Assembly: GCF_037042905.1 (NCBI RefSeq)
Contig: NC_087245.1
Location: forward strand, 42,410,001-42,474,000
From: Lytechinus pictus
Lineage: Eukaryota
Reading direction: 5' to 3'
DNA: 64,000 nucleotides
Shown: piece by piece, positions 1 through 14,384 of the stretch
Layout of the letters: each line of letters begins with the position of its first letter
Numbering within the stretch: position 1 is the stretch's first letter
Program-made: the position numbers and the translations under genes
Notes under the pieces: generated by a model
The model's input: the letters and a program-made list of their open reading frames with translations, nothing else
Database searches by the model: none
What the model was told of the DNA's origin: nothing

Positions 1-393
1 ATAAGGGACTAAATACTTTTCTATTTTTATATTGCACTGTTTGTCTGGTTTTCCTTCCCCTTTCATTTCAAGGCCTTTATCAATTTGAAGCTCTAAGCTT
101 AAGATGGAGGTTTCCCACATTCCAAAATGTATTATGTTGATATATATATATATATATTTCTGCTATTTGTTTTAATGATTTAGACATTTATTAGGTACAG
201 ATATACTTCAAGTAGATTGTTAGAATGTATGTATGCATATGTTACTCTTTATGTCATTTGTTTATGCTGAGAAAAAATTATTACATTTGTATATACTTTT
301 GTTATTGGAATGTGGAAATAAATAAATCAAATCAAATCTATTTTTATATGAATATTAATGCCAAATATTTTCTTTGTTTTCATACGTATCTAG

Positions 394-563
394 GTATACT
401 CTACGACAAACTTCAGTCTTATAATTTCGCCTTCATCGTCGCTGGACTCATCGATATTGCAGCCATCATAATAATTCTCGTCCCAGCTGCTTGTCAAAAG
501 TTATATTCAACTTTTTCTAGTGCGAATCAGTACACAGATGTAAATAGTGCAATTGATAAATGA
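394..563 (+). CDS. Terminal coding exon of an MFS transporter, probably monocarboxylate transporter (SLC16-like); upstream exons lie outside the window
   Basis: Pyrimidine tract and TAG acceptor at 391-393. Reads GILYDKLQSYNFAFIVAGLIDIAAIIIILVP...*, matching the G-x-L-x-D-x-x-x-S-Y-x-x-x-F TM11/TM12 pattern of SLC16. TGA at 561-563. Confidence 0.65.
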
Positions 564-867
564 TCATAAATGATCTTCAGCGATCATTTTTAGCTGTTTC
601 GAACAAGCCATATTCAGCTCATCTCATCTGGTTTACAGTCCTTTTCAGGACTTCACTCACTTTCAAGAAAAGAATACTTCTAATTTTCTCTGTTCATTAT
701 ATCTCGTCTTTCCATTTCAATCTTTCTGCCTGTATTTCCTTCCCTTCTTCATATTACACATGGTGAACCGTAAACCTTCTCCACGTTACAAACTCCACCA
801 TGCAAAACTACAAAGATAATCTTTATTTAGTTAAATGAGAGAGCTGGATAAACCTTGGTTGTTAAAC

Positions 868-1140
868 AACCCTTAATAATGAGAAACTAATGTTCTTTTA
901 AAGAGATATCAGTTTTTCAGTTTTTCATTGATGTTTAATGATATTACAAGAAGCGAAAAGAAGAGGAAGACAAAAGTTTTGAATTAATCTCGAAGGGCAT
1001 TAGGGCACAACCCTTAATGAGAAACTAATGTTCTTTTAAAGAGATATCAGTTTTTTTCATTGATGTTTAATGGTATTACAAGAAGCGAAAAGAAGAGGGA
1101 GACAAAAGTTTTGAATTAATCTGGAAGGGCATGAAGGGAG
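868..1140 (+). repeat. Local tandem duplication, two copies of ~135-140 bp
   Basis: caacccttaat..gagaaactaatgttc...gaattaatct.gaagggcat occurs at ~868-1007 and ~1008-1140 with few differences. Confidence 0.9.
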
Positions 1141-1489
1141 GATAGCCATTGCACTGTATTGGTCAGATTAGTTCATGTTTGATTTATGTTGTTAATATCA
1201 TTGAAATGTCTGTGTTATTTTGAACATGTACTGATACTTGGATTGTATTTTGTTTATTTTATTGAACGGAAATGAATAAAATAAGTTATTATCAAAGGCA
1301 TTTTAATGGGATCATTTTTATTTCAAGTTTGTTTTATTGCTTAAAAAAAGTTGTCAGAATTTATCAGAATCTATTGATATATCAGAGGAGAGGGAGTATG
1401 ATTGAGTGTATATATAAAATTAGAGAGGAAAGATAGGGTAAAGTAGAAACCTTTCGAATAATTTACCAGAAAATTTCTTTTCTCTTTAA

Positions 1490-1945
1490 AGGGGAATCCA
1501 ACCCAAATAAAAACTTGTTTTAGAGGAATGAGAAAAATAAGACCAGTGGATAGGTGAAAGTTTGAAAAATATCGGACAAACAATACCAAAGTTATGAATT
1601 TTTAAAGTTGTAAAATGGTAATCACTATACCCATGGAGACTTCAAATTGGCTGTATATGTGATGTCATAGTGATGTAGGGCAAGGATTTCTCTTCCATGT
1701 ACTCCAGTAATAAAATGGCTAAAGTGTCATTTTTTTCAAAAGTTTTACTTCATATCAAATATTTCTTTCATGAGGAATTATAACAATATACTACCTGGGT
1801 TATATTTAGATTACTGCCCCAGGGGAATAAGTACTTAAAGAGAAAAACCACAAATCACTGACAATTAAGTAAATGGCCTATGGGAAAGTTGTCCTTGCCT
1901 CTTGTCGTAATTTACTTTCCCAGTTGCTAATTTGAAATCTACATA
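1490..1945. mobile_element. Truncated TTAA-flanked (Kolobok-like) non-autonomous DNA transposon
   Basis: Begins TTAA|AGGGGAATCCAACCC, like the other TTAAAGG elements in the window; no second end found. Confidence 0.5.
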
Positions 1946-3235
1946 CATGCACCAGCCCGAGTTTGCTCAATCTCGAGATTTTAGCCCGGTCGGCCCTCTT
2001 CGCGATTAATCTCGAGATTCAAAAAAACCATCGCAAGAAGAGCGATTCCCTCTCGAGCGAGGCATTATACAGATATTGCCTACCTAGAGTTTGAATATAA
2101 CATCCCACAGTGCGTTCCACAGTGGTGTGTTCACAATGTGGAATACAGTGTCAAATCACCTTATCACTGTTATATTTTTGCCTATCACCAGTGTGAATAA
2201 CATATTTATTCACATAGTCGACCATGTGATCACACTGTGAACAGTCACACTGTCGAGGTGCCCACAGTGTGAAAATATCTTCACACTGTTAAGTTTGAGC
2301 ATATGAACAGTGTGAATCACATCTTCCCATAGTCTACAATATGAACACACTGTGAACACAATGTGTTACACTGCGGTGCCTCAATGTGGCAATAGCTCTC
2401 TCTTTGCTTTTCAAGTAAAAAAGGGACACGAACAATAATAAAGGAAGAGAGATAAAAAAAATATCCACGAGAGAGGCCGAAAGGCCCCTGTTATCAAATT
2501 GACAAAAATGACGTCCCGATTAGGTCTTTTTCTTCTTAAACATGACAAAGCTACCCTTCCTAAATTGCCGCCCGTGCACGCATCAAAAAGTGAATTTAGT
2601 TTCAAATCGTTATCAGATAGATTAAGAAATTAAAGTTTATTAAACAGAAATCTTTCAAAGACTATATTGATGCACTTGACTCCAACAACAAAACTCACAA
2701 TAAATGAGAATTAATAAACAAAAAATAAACCCAACTGCTCTCAATTCAAGCATGTATTTAAGCGTTATACTATATTATTTTTAAATGTTATTTTCAAATT
2801 TTGATTTCATTATGGTCAGAAAGAATGGGATTATGAACATGTTTACTGACTCTACTTTGAAAGAAAAAGATTTCTCCGAGAAAATGTACAAATACAACAG
2901 TGATACAAACATTATGTTTGTAAACAACGTTATTGATTTAAAATGTTTTCTTTCAATTCACAAACACCAATATTTCCCTGAAATACATAAACTTAAAACT
3001 ACTGCACACCTTAAAGGCTTGAAACCTCTTGAAATATTGCATTTATTGCATGATCACAAATGCACATTTTATAAGCCTACATAAATCAAAATTATCATGA
3101 TGATTTAAAAGAAGGCTGCAGCGGGTAGTAGCATAAAATAATTTCTTCGATCCTTTTGAGTTTCACCGTATACTTTTTTGTAATAAGTTTGTAAATTTCG
3201 ATGAAAATTGATGGATCTTTTAATAAAGAGCAGTA

Positions 3236-3398
3236 TACTGTAAAAAATGAAGTGCTAATTTAGCACTTACAGTGCTTGTATAGTGACTGCACTATGAGTG
3301 CTGATTTTCTAGTTCAAATTTAAACTAGAAAATGAGCACTCGTAGTGCAGTCACTATACAAGCACTGTAAGTGCTAAAGCACTTCATTTTTTACAGTG
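3236..3398. mobile_element. Palindromic MITE with CACTGT-type termini and 2-bp TSD (CACTA/EnSpm-like)
   Basis: Near-perfect 163-bp palindrome (t/c)actgtaaaaaatgaagtgct...agcacttcattttttacagtg, with TA on both sides. Confidence 0.8.
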
Positions 3399-4689
3399 TA
3401 CCCGTATATATAAGTGTGATCAATCTTGGTGGTGTACGCGTACGGGTCTCCTTCATGATTATATTTGAGATCAAGAGTATGGAGAGGGCCGTAGCAAGAT
3501 AAAGATTAATAGTATATTGGTTTAGATCCTGATAAAAGGGCATGTGCCCGAAAGTTTTGATGAAGACTGGTATTAATCTTGCCACTGCCCTCTCCATCTA
3601 TTCTTGATCTCAAGTTTTGAGTTTATTCTATTTGACTGACATCAAGCCGAACAATGTCAACTTCGTGTATGTATATATATATATATATTTTTTTTTTGGG
3701 GGGGGAGGGGAGGGGTTACCCCAGTCATTTTTCAACCTTTGATATATCACTTAAAATCTGAAAAATTTAATGAAACTGGACAGATGCACAGGGGATTAAA
3801 CTTGTTCGTTGATTTCAAGAGGTTTAACAAATTAAGTTTAATTACCTCCCAGCATCTATTAATGGCAAAACCTGAAATTAGTCCCATGGAATACGAATAA
3901 GCAATTCAATCTATATTACCGTATTGAAATTTTGAGATTAAATGAACTTCATGTTAACTGTGGAGTGTCAATAAATGAATCAACAAACGAACGAGTGTTC
4001 AAATGAGTGAACCAATCTTATAAATTATTGAATAGAAAAAAATAGATAAATGACATATATTTCGTTTATTTCACAATATATTTATACAGATTTAGTTTGC
4101 ATTCATTTATCATTTAAACATATCATTACAAGGCAGTGGATTGCCAGGGTTGATAGTTATAGCATTCTCCTTATATTATTATTACAAAACCCCGAAAATA
4201 AAGTGAAATAAATGGGAGTAGAGAACAATACCAGACGTAGCTGTAATTGTTAATCAAGCTAGGTTCCCTTTAGCTAACACCCCTTTTGAATTACTATACG
4301 TCTACCATTGTTCTCTGGTCCAATCTATTTCACAATATTTTTGAAAGAAATAGCTGCCAAAGCCGAAAGCTGGCGTAAATGTGATTTCTCAAACATATTA
4401 AATCATCATTTAAAGGTAAGGGGAGAGACAACCTTTTCCAAATGTCCGAATATCCAACCTTACATAAAACTGCACTAAAACATTGTAAGTGTTGGGTCGA
4501 ACAATTTTAAGTGGTAAATGCAACATTTAGAAAAGGTTGTCGCTACTCATTTCAATTTTAATCTAATTTCATTTTATATATGAAGAGTGTATATACAGTA
4601 TACCTACTTATGTATACACACCCTCACTCACACGCACAACACCCCCCACACACAAACACATATCACAGACCAGTGTTACATTGTTATCA

Positions 4690-6282
4690 CCGGCCGTGAC
4701 CATATCAAAATTAAACTTTGTTGTTTAAAATTTAAAAAAACTTGTTCAAATTGTTTAAGCTACTACTGTACGAACGCCAACAATATGTTTGCATTGAAAA
4801 TCACATGTCACAATTGAGAAATATTAACTGCGGTGTCCCTCAGGGCTCCATACTTGGCCCGCTGCTTTTCATATTTTATATCAACGACTTTAACAGATCC
4901 TCGGACTTATTTTCATTTATTATGTATGCAGATGACACCAATCTTTTTCTTTCACACACAAACATAGAAACTCTTTATCAGATAGTCAACTCCGAATTAA
5001 ACTTATTGTCAACATGGGTTAAGGCCAACAAATTATCCCTAAATTTAGAGGAAACTAATTTCATGTTATTTAGCAACACATTTAATGACCTACCTTATCC
5101 AATTCTAATAGATAACATACAAATACAACAGGTAACTACAACATAATTTTTAGGTACATTCATTGATGACAAACTTTCATGGAAATATCACATTAATAAT
5201 ATATGTAAGGTGATATCTAGAAATGTTGGTGTAATAAACAAGCTCAAATGAGTATTCCCCCTAACATTCTTAAATCTTTATATTCAACATTAGTTTTACC
5301 CCACTTGAATTACGGAATACTCGCCTGGGGAAACAGTGCAACATATATGTTAAATAAAGTATTACTCTTACACAAAAAAGCTATGCGGATCATAAGTCAG
5401 GTTGATTTTAGACACCATACAGACGGTCTTTTTCACTCAAACAATATTCTAAAAATTTTCGATATTTATCGATTGAATCTTGCGATTCTCATGTATCAGT
5501 ATAACAACCCGCAGGGTTACCCTCCATTTTTAACAACATATTTCGAGTCAATAATGAAATCCACCATTACCCAACTAGACAAATCAACTTGTATCACCTG
5601 CCAAGGACTCGTACAGCATTTACACAGAACACTTTTATATTTACTGCCCCCAAATTTTGGAATTCCCTTCCCCTGAATACGAGAGAGAGCTTAAGTATAG
5701 GTACACAAAGTTAAAAAATCACTACTTGCCCCCTACTCACAACAAACCTCTTCGATTACTTGATAATCATACAGATCCCACCTCCCACCGACCCTTTTCC
5801 TTATCGTTATTTGTATCTTATTCTTTCCCCTTGTCCCCCGTCCATTGTTCTGTTTTTTTTTAATCATCCATGACCATGCATTTATCTTCCACTCTTTCAA
5901 CGATTATCCTACTATTTACGGTCCTTTGATTTGAATGATCATTTACCAAGTTCACATTATATTACGTTATTTACATTATTTACGTATTCAAGAGATCAGC
6001 GTCCAACAAGCCAAGCTTCTCAGCTGGTCTCTCTTTTCATTTCATCCCCCTTTTTTAACATACACGCGAATACTCATACTTTTAAGAATGTTTAGTTTTA
6101 TAAAATGATGATATAAGTATCGTATTTTGTTCGTATAATTTACCTTACCCAATTTTTGCAAATGTAAGGTCATTACTTTTGTTCATTTTTTGTTTGAAAT
6201 TGTATTTATGTATTTTTAATTTGTATGTGAAAAATGGAAAGAAAAGAAATGAAATAAATCAATAAATCAAAATCTAATCTAA
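4690..6282 (+). mobile_element. 5'-truncated, decayed CR1/L2-group LINE (RT C-terminal half and 3' UTR)
   Basis: GVPQGSILGPLLF and MYADDT motifs; in-frame stop at 5144-5146 just before FLG; LYSTLVLPHLNYGILAWG; frameshifts; (AAATC/AATAA)n tail at ~6248-6282. Confidence 0.9.
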
Positions 6283-8539
6283 GGTTCATATAGTAAAAGC
6301 GTTGTATCAATTTTTAAACGGCGTTTTTACTGTACAGTGACTCTGTACTGTACATGTTATACACAAAATTGGAAAGGATACAGCTCTTTGACCTTAAAAA
6401 ACATTTCGATAAATGATAGCACAATAAAATATATTAATCAATGAATACGTAAGTATTAATAAACAGTAATTAATAAATAAATGAATTTGATTTTTCTGGT
6501 TTGAGAAAATAAAAAAATCCTTCTGCACTTATCAATTATGAGTATGATTGGCATATATTTCAATTCGCATGTGTACGATATCCATGTGATAATAAGACAT
6601 TCATTCACATTAAGGATATCACATTAATTACAAACATTTAAACTGCGGTGGTTTGCCGCTGTGAACATGAAAAACTTGACTTGTTATGAAACTTTTTTGA
6701 TTGACATCTCAAAGTGTTCCTCCAAGTATTCGACAAAGTTGTTCAAAAGTGATAAAGATCACATTAAAGTGATTTATTTGTAGAATATTACTAACAGGTA
6801 TGCTGTATGCTACTTTATTAAGTGACGGATTCGATGGATGTCAACTATACATCGTATTTGGAGAGCTGCCAGTTTGAGATAATTATTGTACCTTGGATCG
6901 TCAATTAGTCTTTGACAGTTCATTGTGCTCAATGTTACGTCACACCAACGAAACTGACACTAGACCAAACAACTTTTCAATGTCAGACCACAGGTCGGGT
7001 TTGAAATCGGTTTCGACTGTGTGACTGTATCACCCTGAGAGCGTCGTTGTGTGAGATGGTTTTACGAGGGACCTAACTTATTTTTCACGTGGGGATATGT
7101 TTTGTTCACATGATGATAAGGACGTTAGACTTTGGCAAAGCTCTTTAGTGGTTTATCGTTCTCATCAACATCTTAAAACAATACAGTCGATCAGAAGCTG
7201 GTGCAAATAAATCTATCTGAAGTCTGTTTAAATTCTAACCATGCATGTGCACCAAAATACGAACGCATATCTCGAATTGTGCGCTAAAAGAGGTTTAACT
7301 ATCTATCACTAATTACACATGGGCTGTTCCAAAAGATAGACGGGGGAGATCGGCAGTATACTCTTAATGATTATTCAACTAGTATACTGGAAGGACCCTT
7401 TACAGGGACAAGAACGAAGACCCTTTTACCCATGGCCGCGAAATGGAATGCCCTGTTTGAAACTGATTACATCACAAATAAGATTATTCTTAGAGTTGAC
7501 AATCGCTACAAGAACTTAATGTTGATAAGTATTTTTATATAGTAGGTGTCTCCAAATTTTGAAAACATTTCTTCAGATGATATTGACAAATTCGGGTGTC
7601 TTGGGTTCTGCTTACATTGAGGCAACTTTCTTTGCTGAAACGTCACTCCAAACATTACATTCATTCCTATCAGATTTTGTAGTTCAAGGTAAATAATTTT
7701 ATATCTTATGTTGTTTCTTTACTCGTTTTATATTTTTATTCATTATTGCTCCTATTTATTCATTTTTATTTGAAAACAGATTTACAGATGCTCTGAAGAA
7801 GTAATTCCTATCTTGTATTTACTGAAATCTTCAAATTGTGCATTTTGCTTTCTGTGACATATATATTCACTTATAACTCTATGTTCTTTTCTCCCTTACA
7901 TTATACTATTCGGATTTTGTTTAAGTGAAACATACATCATAAGGACCATATATATCATTTGATCCCAATACTTGCATAAAATAGAAATTGGCTTTCAACT
8001 TTAAATTGAATACACTATATTGTTCTTTTAATAAACTGGTGAAATATATTCTAATGTACAAACTTAGTCCTAAGACTTACCTTCTGACATCATGTCCGAC
8101 AAAAGCTGATGAAACGCTTTCTAGGTCTTCTTTCGACAAGGTCGCTACATTTCATCGTTAATGTTTTTAAAGCCTTGAAGCATGAGAGCTCGTAGCTCAG
8201 TCCTAGGGCATTGGACTCTGGATGGGTCAAGGCTCAAGTCCAAGCAATGCACTCACTGTTCTTTCAACATCTTTGTAGAAGACTTCAACTGATTGTCCAT
8301 TGGTTGCACTGATAAGATTTTTTTTTTCAATTTGTTTAAAATGCGACCTGCCTAAAAATGTGCAGAGTTACATCCTGGTGCTCAAGGACCTAGTCTTGCT
8401 TATTAATGGCGTAGAGTTGTATTTTCTTTTCTTATTGTGTGCATAAGCCAATCGTCTACATTGTCAAATTCGAATTGATAGTGCTCTACAGAGCTTATAT
8501 CTCTCTTGAAATCTCCTCCTAGATTTAACTGGAAAGCTG

Positions 8540-8799
8540 GGCCCGTCTTACAAAGAATTACGATTGATCCAATCAACCAAAACTATTGAAATCCAGCAAC
8601 ATTAACATATAAAATACATGTTTCTTCAAAGTATTTTCCACATATTATGATGTATACATTCATACTTTCACTGTTCTCTTTACAGTATGCTTCTATTTGT
8701 TTTCAAAAGATATTTTGGAAATCTAAAGAAAAAATTATGACATTGATGGATTTCCATATAATTGATCGGATTAATCGTAATTCTTTGTAAGAGGAGGCC
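8540..8799. mobile_element. PIF/Harbinger-like MITE
   Basis: TIRs ggcccgtcttacaaagaattacgattgatcc / ggattaatcgtaattctttgtaagaggaggcc; 3-bp TSD CTG. Confidence 0.75.
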
Positions 8800-8937
8800 C
8801 TGATCTCCATGTATCGCTGTTGGAATATGATGGATCTGAAGAGTGGCCCCGGGCAGGGGCCTTGCCAAGGCCACGGTAGACCGCACAGCTACCATGCATG
8901 GCTATAGCGCAAGGCAATGCGTTTAAACATGCATTAA

Positions 8938-9502
8938 AGGTCAAGTCCACCCCAGAAAAGTGTTAATTTTAATCAATAGGGAAAAATCAAGCAAGCATAA
9001 AGCTGAAAATTTCATCAAAATCGGATGTACAATAAGAAAGTTACAAATTAAAAGTTTGAATTTTCGCTAATTTTTCACAAAACAGTTATATGCATAACTC
9101 AGTTACATGCAAATGAGAGAGTCGATGATGTCCCTTTTTTGTTTATTGTTTGAATTCTACGATATTTCATTTTTTTTACAGATTTAACAGTAAGGACCGA
9201 TTTGAATGTACCATAAAATGTTAAATCAATGGAAATACCAAATGTTCAGGGAGGAATAAAACTTTGTTTAAGAGTGCAACAGGGAGAAAATTTGAATATT
9301 TCATATTTCATATTAGTGCAAAAGAAAAGAGTGTTGTCATCATTAGCATACCGACCATTATGCGAATATATGATATGTATTGTGCAAAATTGAAAAATGT
9401 CGTAACTTTTTTATTTTACATCTGATTTTAATGAATTTTCAGTGGCATGCTTGTTGAATTTTCCTCTTTCTATTCAAATCAACTTGGGATTAGACTTGTC
9501 CT
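8938..9502. mobile_element. Kolobok-like MITE (TTAA TSD, AGG...CCT ends)
   Basis: TTAA|AGGTCAAGTCCA ... TAGACTTGTCCT|TTAA with long imperfect TIRs; homologous to the 14385 and 16102 copies. Confidence 0.8.
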
Positions 9503-10593
9503 TTAAATATTCAAATGTCATGACCAAGTGACCTTTGACCTTTCCCAGTGTAAAGGGCTATATTAATGGTACTTTATGTATTTCTGCTATTTCCATTGGT
9601 AAAAAGAGTGATAAATAATTTTCAAAAGGTTAGATTTTGAACAAAAGGTTTCATAAGTGTATCATATTGATTCAATTTCTACATTAACATGTATAATGCA
9701 TAATCTCTTAAGCTCGACCTATAGAAAAGATGTAGTCAAAATTAAAATCTTATTTAAGGAGATAACCTTGGATTGAATTAGCTGTAAGAAAACAGAGAAA
9801 TCAAAGCATTATATCAATGAAATAACAAAATTGGCCACACAATGAGAGATTTATGAAAATGCATATTACTTATTTTCATGATAAAATATAACATGTCTAC
9901 CACAGGAATTGTTGATGCAAGAAAAACAAGAAAATTTGGAATAAAAACACACAAAAAAAGGTTTGCCCAATATTGGGTAAAATGGGAACATGCGTGTTGG
10001 TTGGGTAAAGAGTTACCGAATATTTTATAAATTTTACGCAATGTTGCATTGAAACTTCTCAATATGGGGTAAAAAAAACTTCAGCAAACATGCATGTTCC
10101 CTTTCTACTCAATATTGGGTAAAATTTTACTCAGTGTTTTAAAGTGAATGATCGAATATACATGTTTCTAATGATAAAATATGGTTAAAACCAACAACAA
10201 AAAAGTGCTCGGTCGCTAATATAGCAACTATACATGGTGGCTTAAGCAAGTTGCGGTAGTTTGCTATCCCTAAAGAAAAATGCAAGCGGGATTGATGCCA
10301 TATGATTAAATTTACTTGGTTCTAATAAAGTTTAGCTCCTGTTTGAGAAGCCCTTAAAATACACTTTGTTTTCCAGCCATCTAACTGTTTCTTGCCAATC
10401 ATATAAATTCAGAATTTTTATTGAAGAAGTCCACTACTTCTGGAGTTCCTTACCGAAGATGAAGCCATTTTTTTATCGTATCAAAGTAGTGATCGATATG
10501 GGTTTATATAAGGAGATGGAACATTAAAACAACACCGTCGTCACGACTATAACTAGGTCTTATTAATTATACAGATAAATCACTTGAAACAAT

Positions 10594-10897
10594 ATGGCTC
10601 ACTATTACGCGGGGGATCCAACGGTATTATGGATTGTCATAATCGGTTTCATCATCTCATTCGTGCTCGCCATGGGTCTCGGTGCCAACGACGTCGCCAA
10701 TTCCTTCGGTACCTCTGTCGGCGCCAAGGTACTGACGCTCTACCAGGCGTGCGTGGTGGCGGCCATCTTTGAAACCGCCGGCGCCATACTGCTTGGCTAC
10801 AGGGTGTCGGATACCATTCGAAAGGGAATATTTGACCCTCTACTCTACAACGGAAGAGACGAGCTTCTCCTAGTTGGAAATCTATGTGCCTTGGCAG
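10594..10897 (+). CDS. SLC20A: SLC20/PiT sodium-dependent phosphate transporter, coding exon 1
   Basis: MAHYYAG...[16 protein letters not shown] (PiT N-terminal GAND signature) ...AAIFETAGA; donor GCAG|GTAAGG, phase 1; acceptor AG at 10573-10574 upstream of the ATG. Confidence 0.95.
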
Positions 10898-10953
10898 GTA
10901 AGGATGAAGCATGTCCAGAGCTAGTCGATGATAAAGAATAGCTAGCAGATTCA

Positions 10954-11269
10954 GGGGCCCGTATTCTGAAGTCAGGGTTAACTTAGAACATGGTCTAACT
11001 CTGTGCTAAAATTATGCGAAGCTAAAAGTGTCAATTTTTTTTTATTAAGTTGAATGTTTCTTATATTTACTGGGCTCTTTCCTGATTCTTCAATGGTGAA
11101 GACAATAATCTATTTATACTTTCTAGAAAATTATGAATGATTTGAAAGCCAAATGAGCTGAAATATGATATCTCTACTGTTAGTGATCTATGTAACAATT
11201 AGCTATCCATACTTAAACCACAACTTTAAACCTAAGTTAAACTTAAACCCGACTTCAGAATACGGGCCA
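10954..11269. mobile_element. PIF/Harbinger-like MITE in SLC20 intron 1
   Basis: TIRs ggcccgtattctgaagtc / gacttcagaatacgggcc. Confidence 0.75.
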
Positions 11270-12039
11270 AGGAAAAGATGGTGAAAGCACGAGCTCACTA
11301 ATCCTGTCTTATATATCACTGCAGCTGTCGCTCACCCTAGCCTAATCATTGGGCCTGATAGACATTTTAAAGAATCTAACCCCTGAATCTAACATCTAAA
11401 TTGGTCTATACGAATTCAACCACACTGGCGTAGAAAGAAAGAGGAAAACATTCTTTGATATAGCAACACCCACATATTTTGTGGGAAAGGGCATGGTGAA
11501 TTTCCCCTTGATCGATATACAGATCCACGTGACCACCAATAAATGAAAAAGATTGCTTGCGAAGATTATATCTCGAACGATCCTCTGAATTCATTGGTAA
11601 CATCGAATTGGCCTTTTTGTTAATCCCGAACTCTGATGCATGATGTATTTGTTCATGCGCATGAAAAAAGACCACACCCAAAAATAAAAAGTAAATAAAA
11701 TTCGTGCAGACACTCTCAAGATATCTGTGACTGAAACATCATCTAATTTATGTCATGGGAAGTCTAATTGTGACTTGGTGTGTTGAATAAAAGTGGTGTG
11801 TCTGGTCACTTTATTTTGCATATGGCATCGTATTTGCAACACACAGGTGACAAATGAGACCTTGTTTTAAAATGAAATAAACGTTTCCCAATGTCTTTAT
11901 TAAACAGAAGTAATTCACTTTGAATATTCACGATGAACATCCAGTTTTTTCTTCCGCATGTAGAATCACAGAGGCTTGTTACGATCATAGAATCCTATAA
12001 AATAATCATAATATCACCCACCTTTACCTCCAACGACAG

Positions 12040-12180
12040 GCTCCTGTATATGGCTCTTTACTGCAACCATTTTCAGAGTTCCCGTTTCTGCGACACACAG
12101 CATTGTTGGCGCTTCTTTGGGCTTCCATATGGTAGTCTTCGGAGGAGTTGGAGTCAACTGGAATGTCGTTGTCGTCATTG
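12040..12180 (+). CDS. SLC20A: SLC20 coding exon 2 (141 bp)
   Basis: CAG|...|GTAAGA; GSCIWLFTATIFRVPVSATHSIVGASLGF (PxSxTHxxVG motif); phase 1 to phase 1. Confidence 0.95.
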
Positions 12181-12709
12181 GTAAGACACTAATTTGTTTT
12201 TTGACTTTCTATTCACATGAAATATTTTACGTAAGTTACTTGTGACTTATGCCATGGCTTAAAATCATTGTATACTTCTTAGCTGCGAGCAGCGTATGTC
12301 TGCATCTTGAGGTTTTTGTGTGAGATTATTTTGTAAGTCTTTCTGCTTTATTTCCCTGCAATTTGGAATTTAATCATTTTTTTTCAATGAAATAAAATTT
12401 TATTTATTTGCTTAACCATCAAATTAAACAAAACAATACAAATTGACGACAAACTTTTATACAAAATTCCAATTATGGTAAGGTGACCCCGGGGAGAGCA
12501 AAGCTTTGTAAAACTCGGCCACCAAATAACAAAAATATACAATTATTGACAATATAGAATGCAAATGATATCAATAACTATCCCCTTATTTTCTTTTATT
12601 ATTTTTACAAAATGTTCTTCATAAATCACTTAGTTATAAACATTTCAAAATAAAAACGTTTTTACATTGTTCATGAAATAAATTCAATTGAACTGAAAAT
12701 TCCATCATG

Positions 12710-13203
12710 AAAGGGAAATCTTGCCCTGACAAAAAGTTAATCGTAAAAAAAAAAAAAAAAAAAAAAATATTGCCGACGTTTAAAAAAATAAAGAATAAAA
12801 AGTTATTATAATATCAATCATTTGATTGTGACGTCATGTGCGAGAAGCTTTCCTACATATCGTATTGTAAAAAATCAATGAAATGTCATTTTTTCTAAAA
12901 AATTAAAAAACATTTTTTTCTGTGCCTTCAGTATATCAATAGACCAATAATTTCACATCCGTTTCTGAAAAGAAAACCAAAATAAGTCATCAGGAACCAT
13001 TGAAAATTTATTTTTATGCATTTCATATTATGTAACATATGGCGCAGCGTCTCGATGATGATGTCATAAGTCCATAATTTAAAATTCTAATAACTTTCTT
13101 AATCTTTAATGAATTTTCTTCAAACCTTCACCAATATTTTTTAATAATCTTTCTGCTATTTTTATTTTAACAACAAAATTTTCTTTAGTGTGAACTTCTC
13201 CCT
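12710..13203. mobile_element. Degenerate Kolobok-like MITE
   Basis: Imperfect long TIRs (aagggaaatcttgccctgacaaaaagtt ... aaaattttctttagtgtgaacttctccctt); internal layout like the 1490 element. Confidence 0.5.
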
Positions 13204-14384
13204 TATGAAGTACCAAAATTTCTTACATTTTCTAATGGAATTGATTGCAAACGGCCTGAATTCGAAAAGCAATTGAAGGTTTCTCAAAGAGTCTTTAATC
13301 TTATGCAATTGGGTTTGATTTTTTGTCATTTAGTTATATTTACAAAAAAAGTGTATAAAGTCATAAGTAAATTTCAAGAAAGCTTTTGAAATAATCCTTT
13401 GAAACGACCTACACATAGTATGCCTACTTGCTTTTTGTTTCTTCTTGAGCAACTCATGACAATTTTGCTCAAAACCATGAGCATCCCACAAAGCGTTGTT
13501 CTCTAATTGACTAACCGCCATCCTCTGGCACACACACCCACCCCCATCCACACCCACATATAGTTATGCACTCACACCCTCACACACAAAAATGCATTAA
13601 AAACAGATGTCAAAATATAAGTTAAGGGCTGAAAAAGGAAGATTGAAACAAAACTTCATACAACGTTTTGCTATCATTCATTTTTACAGCACTTTGCTCT
13701 CAAATGCGTGAAAATATGAATAATATGTTTGGATTTAGGAATATCTCAACTTCCACGCATCACATAGATGAGGACATAACAATTAACATTGGCTGACGTG
13801 ACAAACGCAGTCTTTGTGATATTCAGTGGTTCAAGATATCGTGATATGACCTCCATCTGACTTGCATGTGATTGCCATGCAAGTTAAAAGATAAATCATC
13901 TTTTTGATCTTTATCAGTTGCCTTAGTATACCCATCAACCCATTAGTTTACTTGCTGTTAATCAGTAATTAATTTTCCGAAGCGAGTCTAATAGGTCAAT
14001 ACCCAACCAGGTTTTGTTTAATCAGACTGATAAAAAGCATCTATTGCATTGTGCTTGACTAAATTCATTTCTTCAGGTCAGCCGGATCAATAGCTATGGG
14101 TTTTCAAAAAATGGCATGATGTAAGAAATACACAAAATTGTTTAATATGAGAACCCCCCCCCAAAAAAAAGGACTATGGTTGAAAGGAAAAGATCAAGGG
14201 TGGCATTATCATTTGAAAACAATTTTTTTTGGGGGGTGATAAGCATTGAAAAGGGCTTGATACCTATGTAAAAAATCTTGCGATTTCCATTTTATGTTCT
14301 GTGGTAGTTATGACAAATAGCTTGCAAACAGAAATTCCGTACAAATGTTCATATTTTATGTGTGTACTTATTTCCATTGCTTAA

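Noticed and set aside
7620..7690. Possible 5' UTR exon of SLC20 (donor CAAG|GTAAAT)
   Set aside because: Only a donor-like motif; needs transcript evidence.
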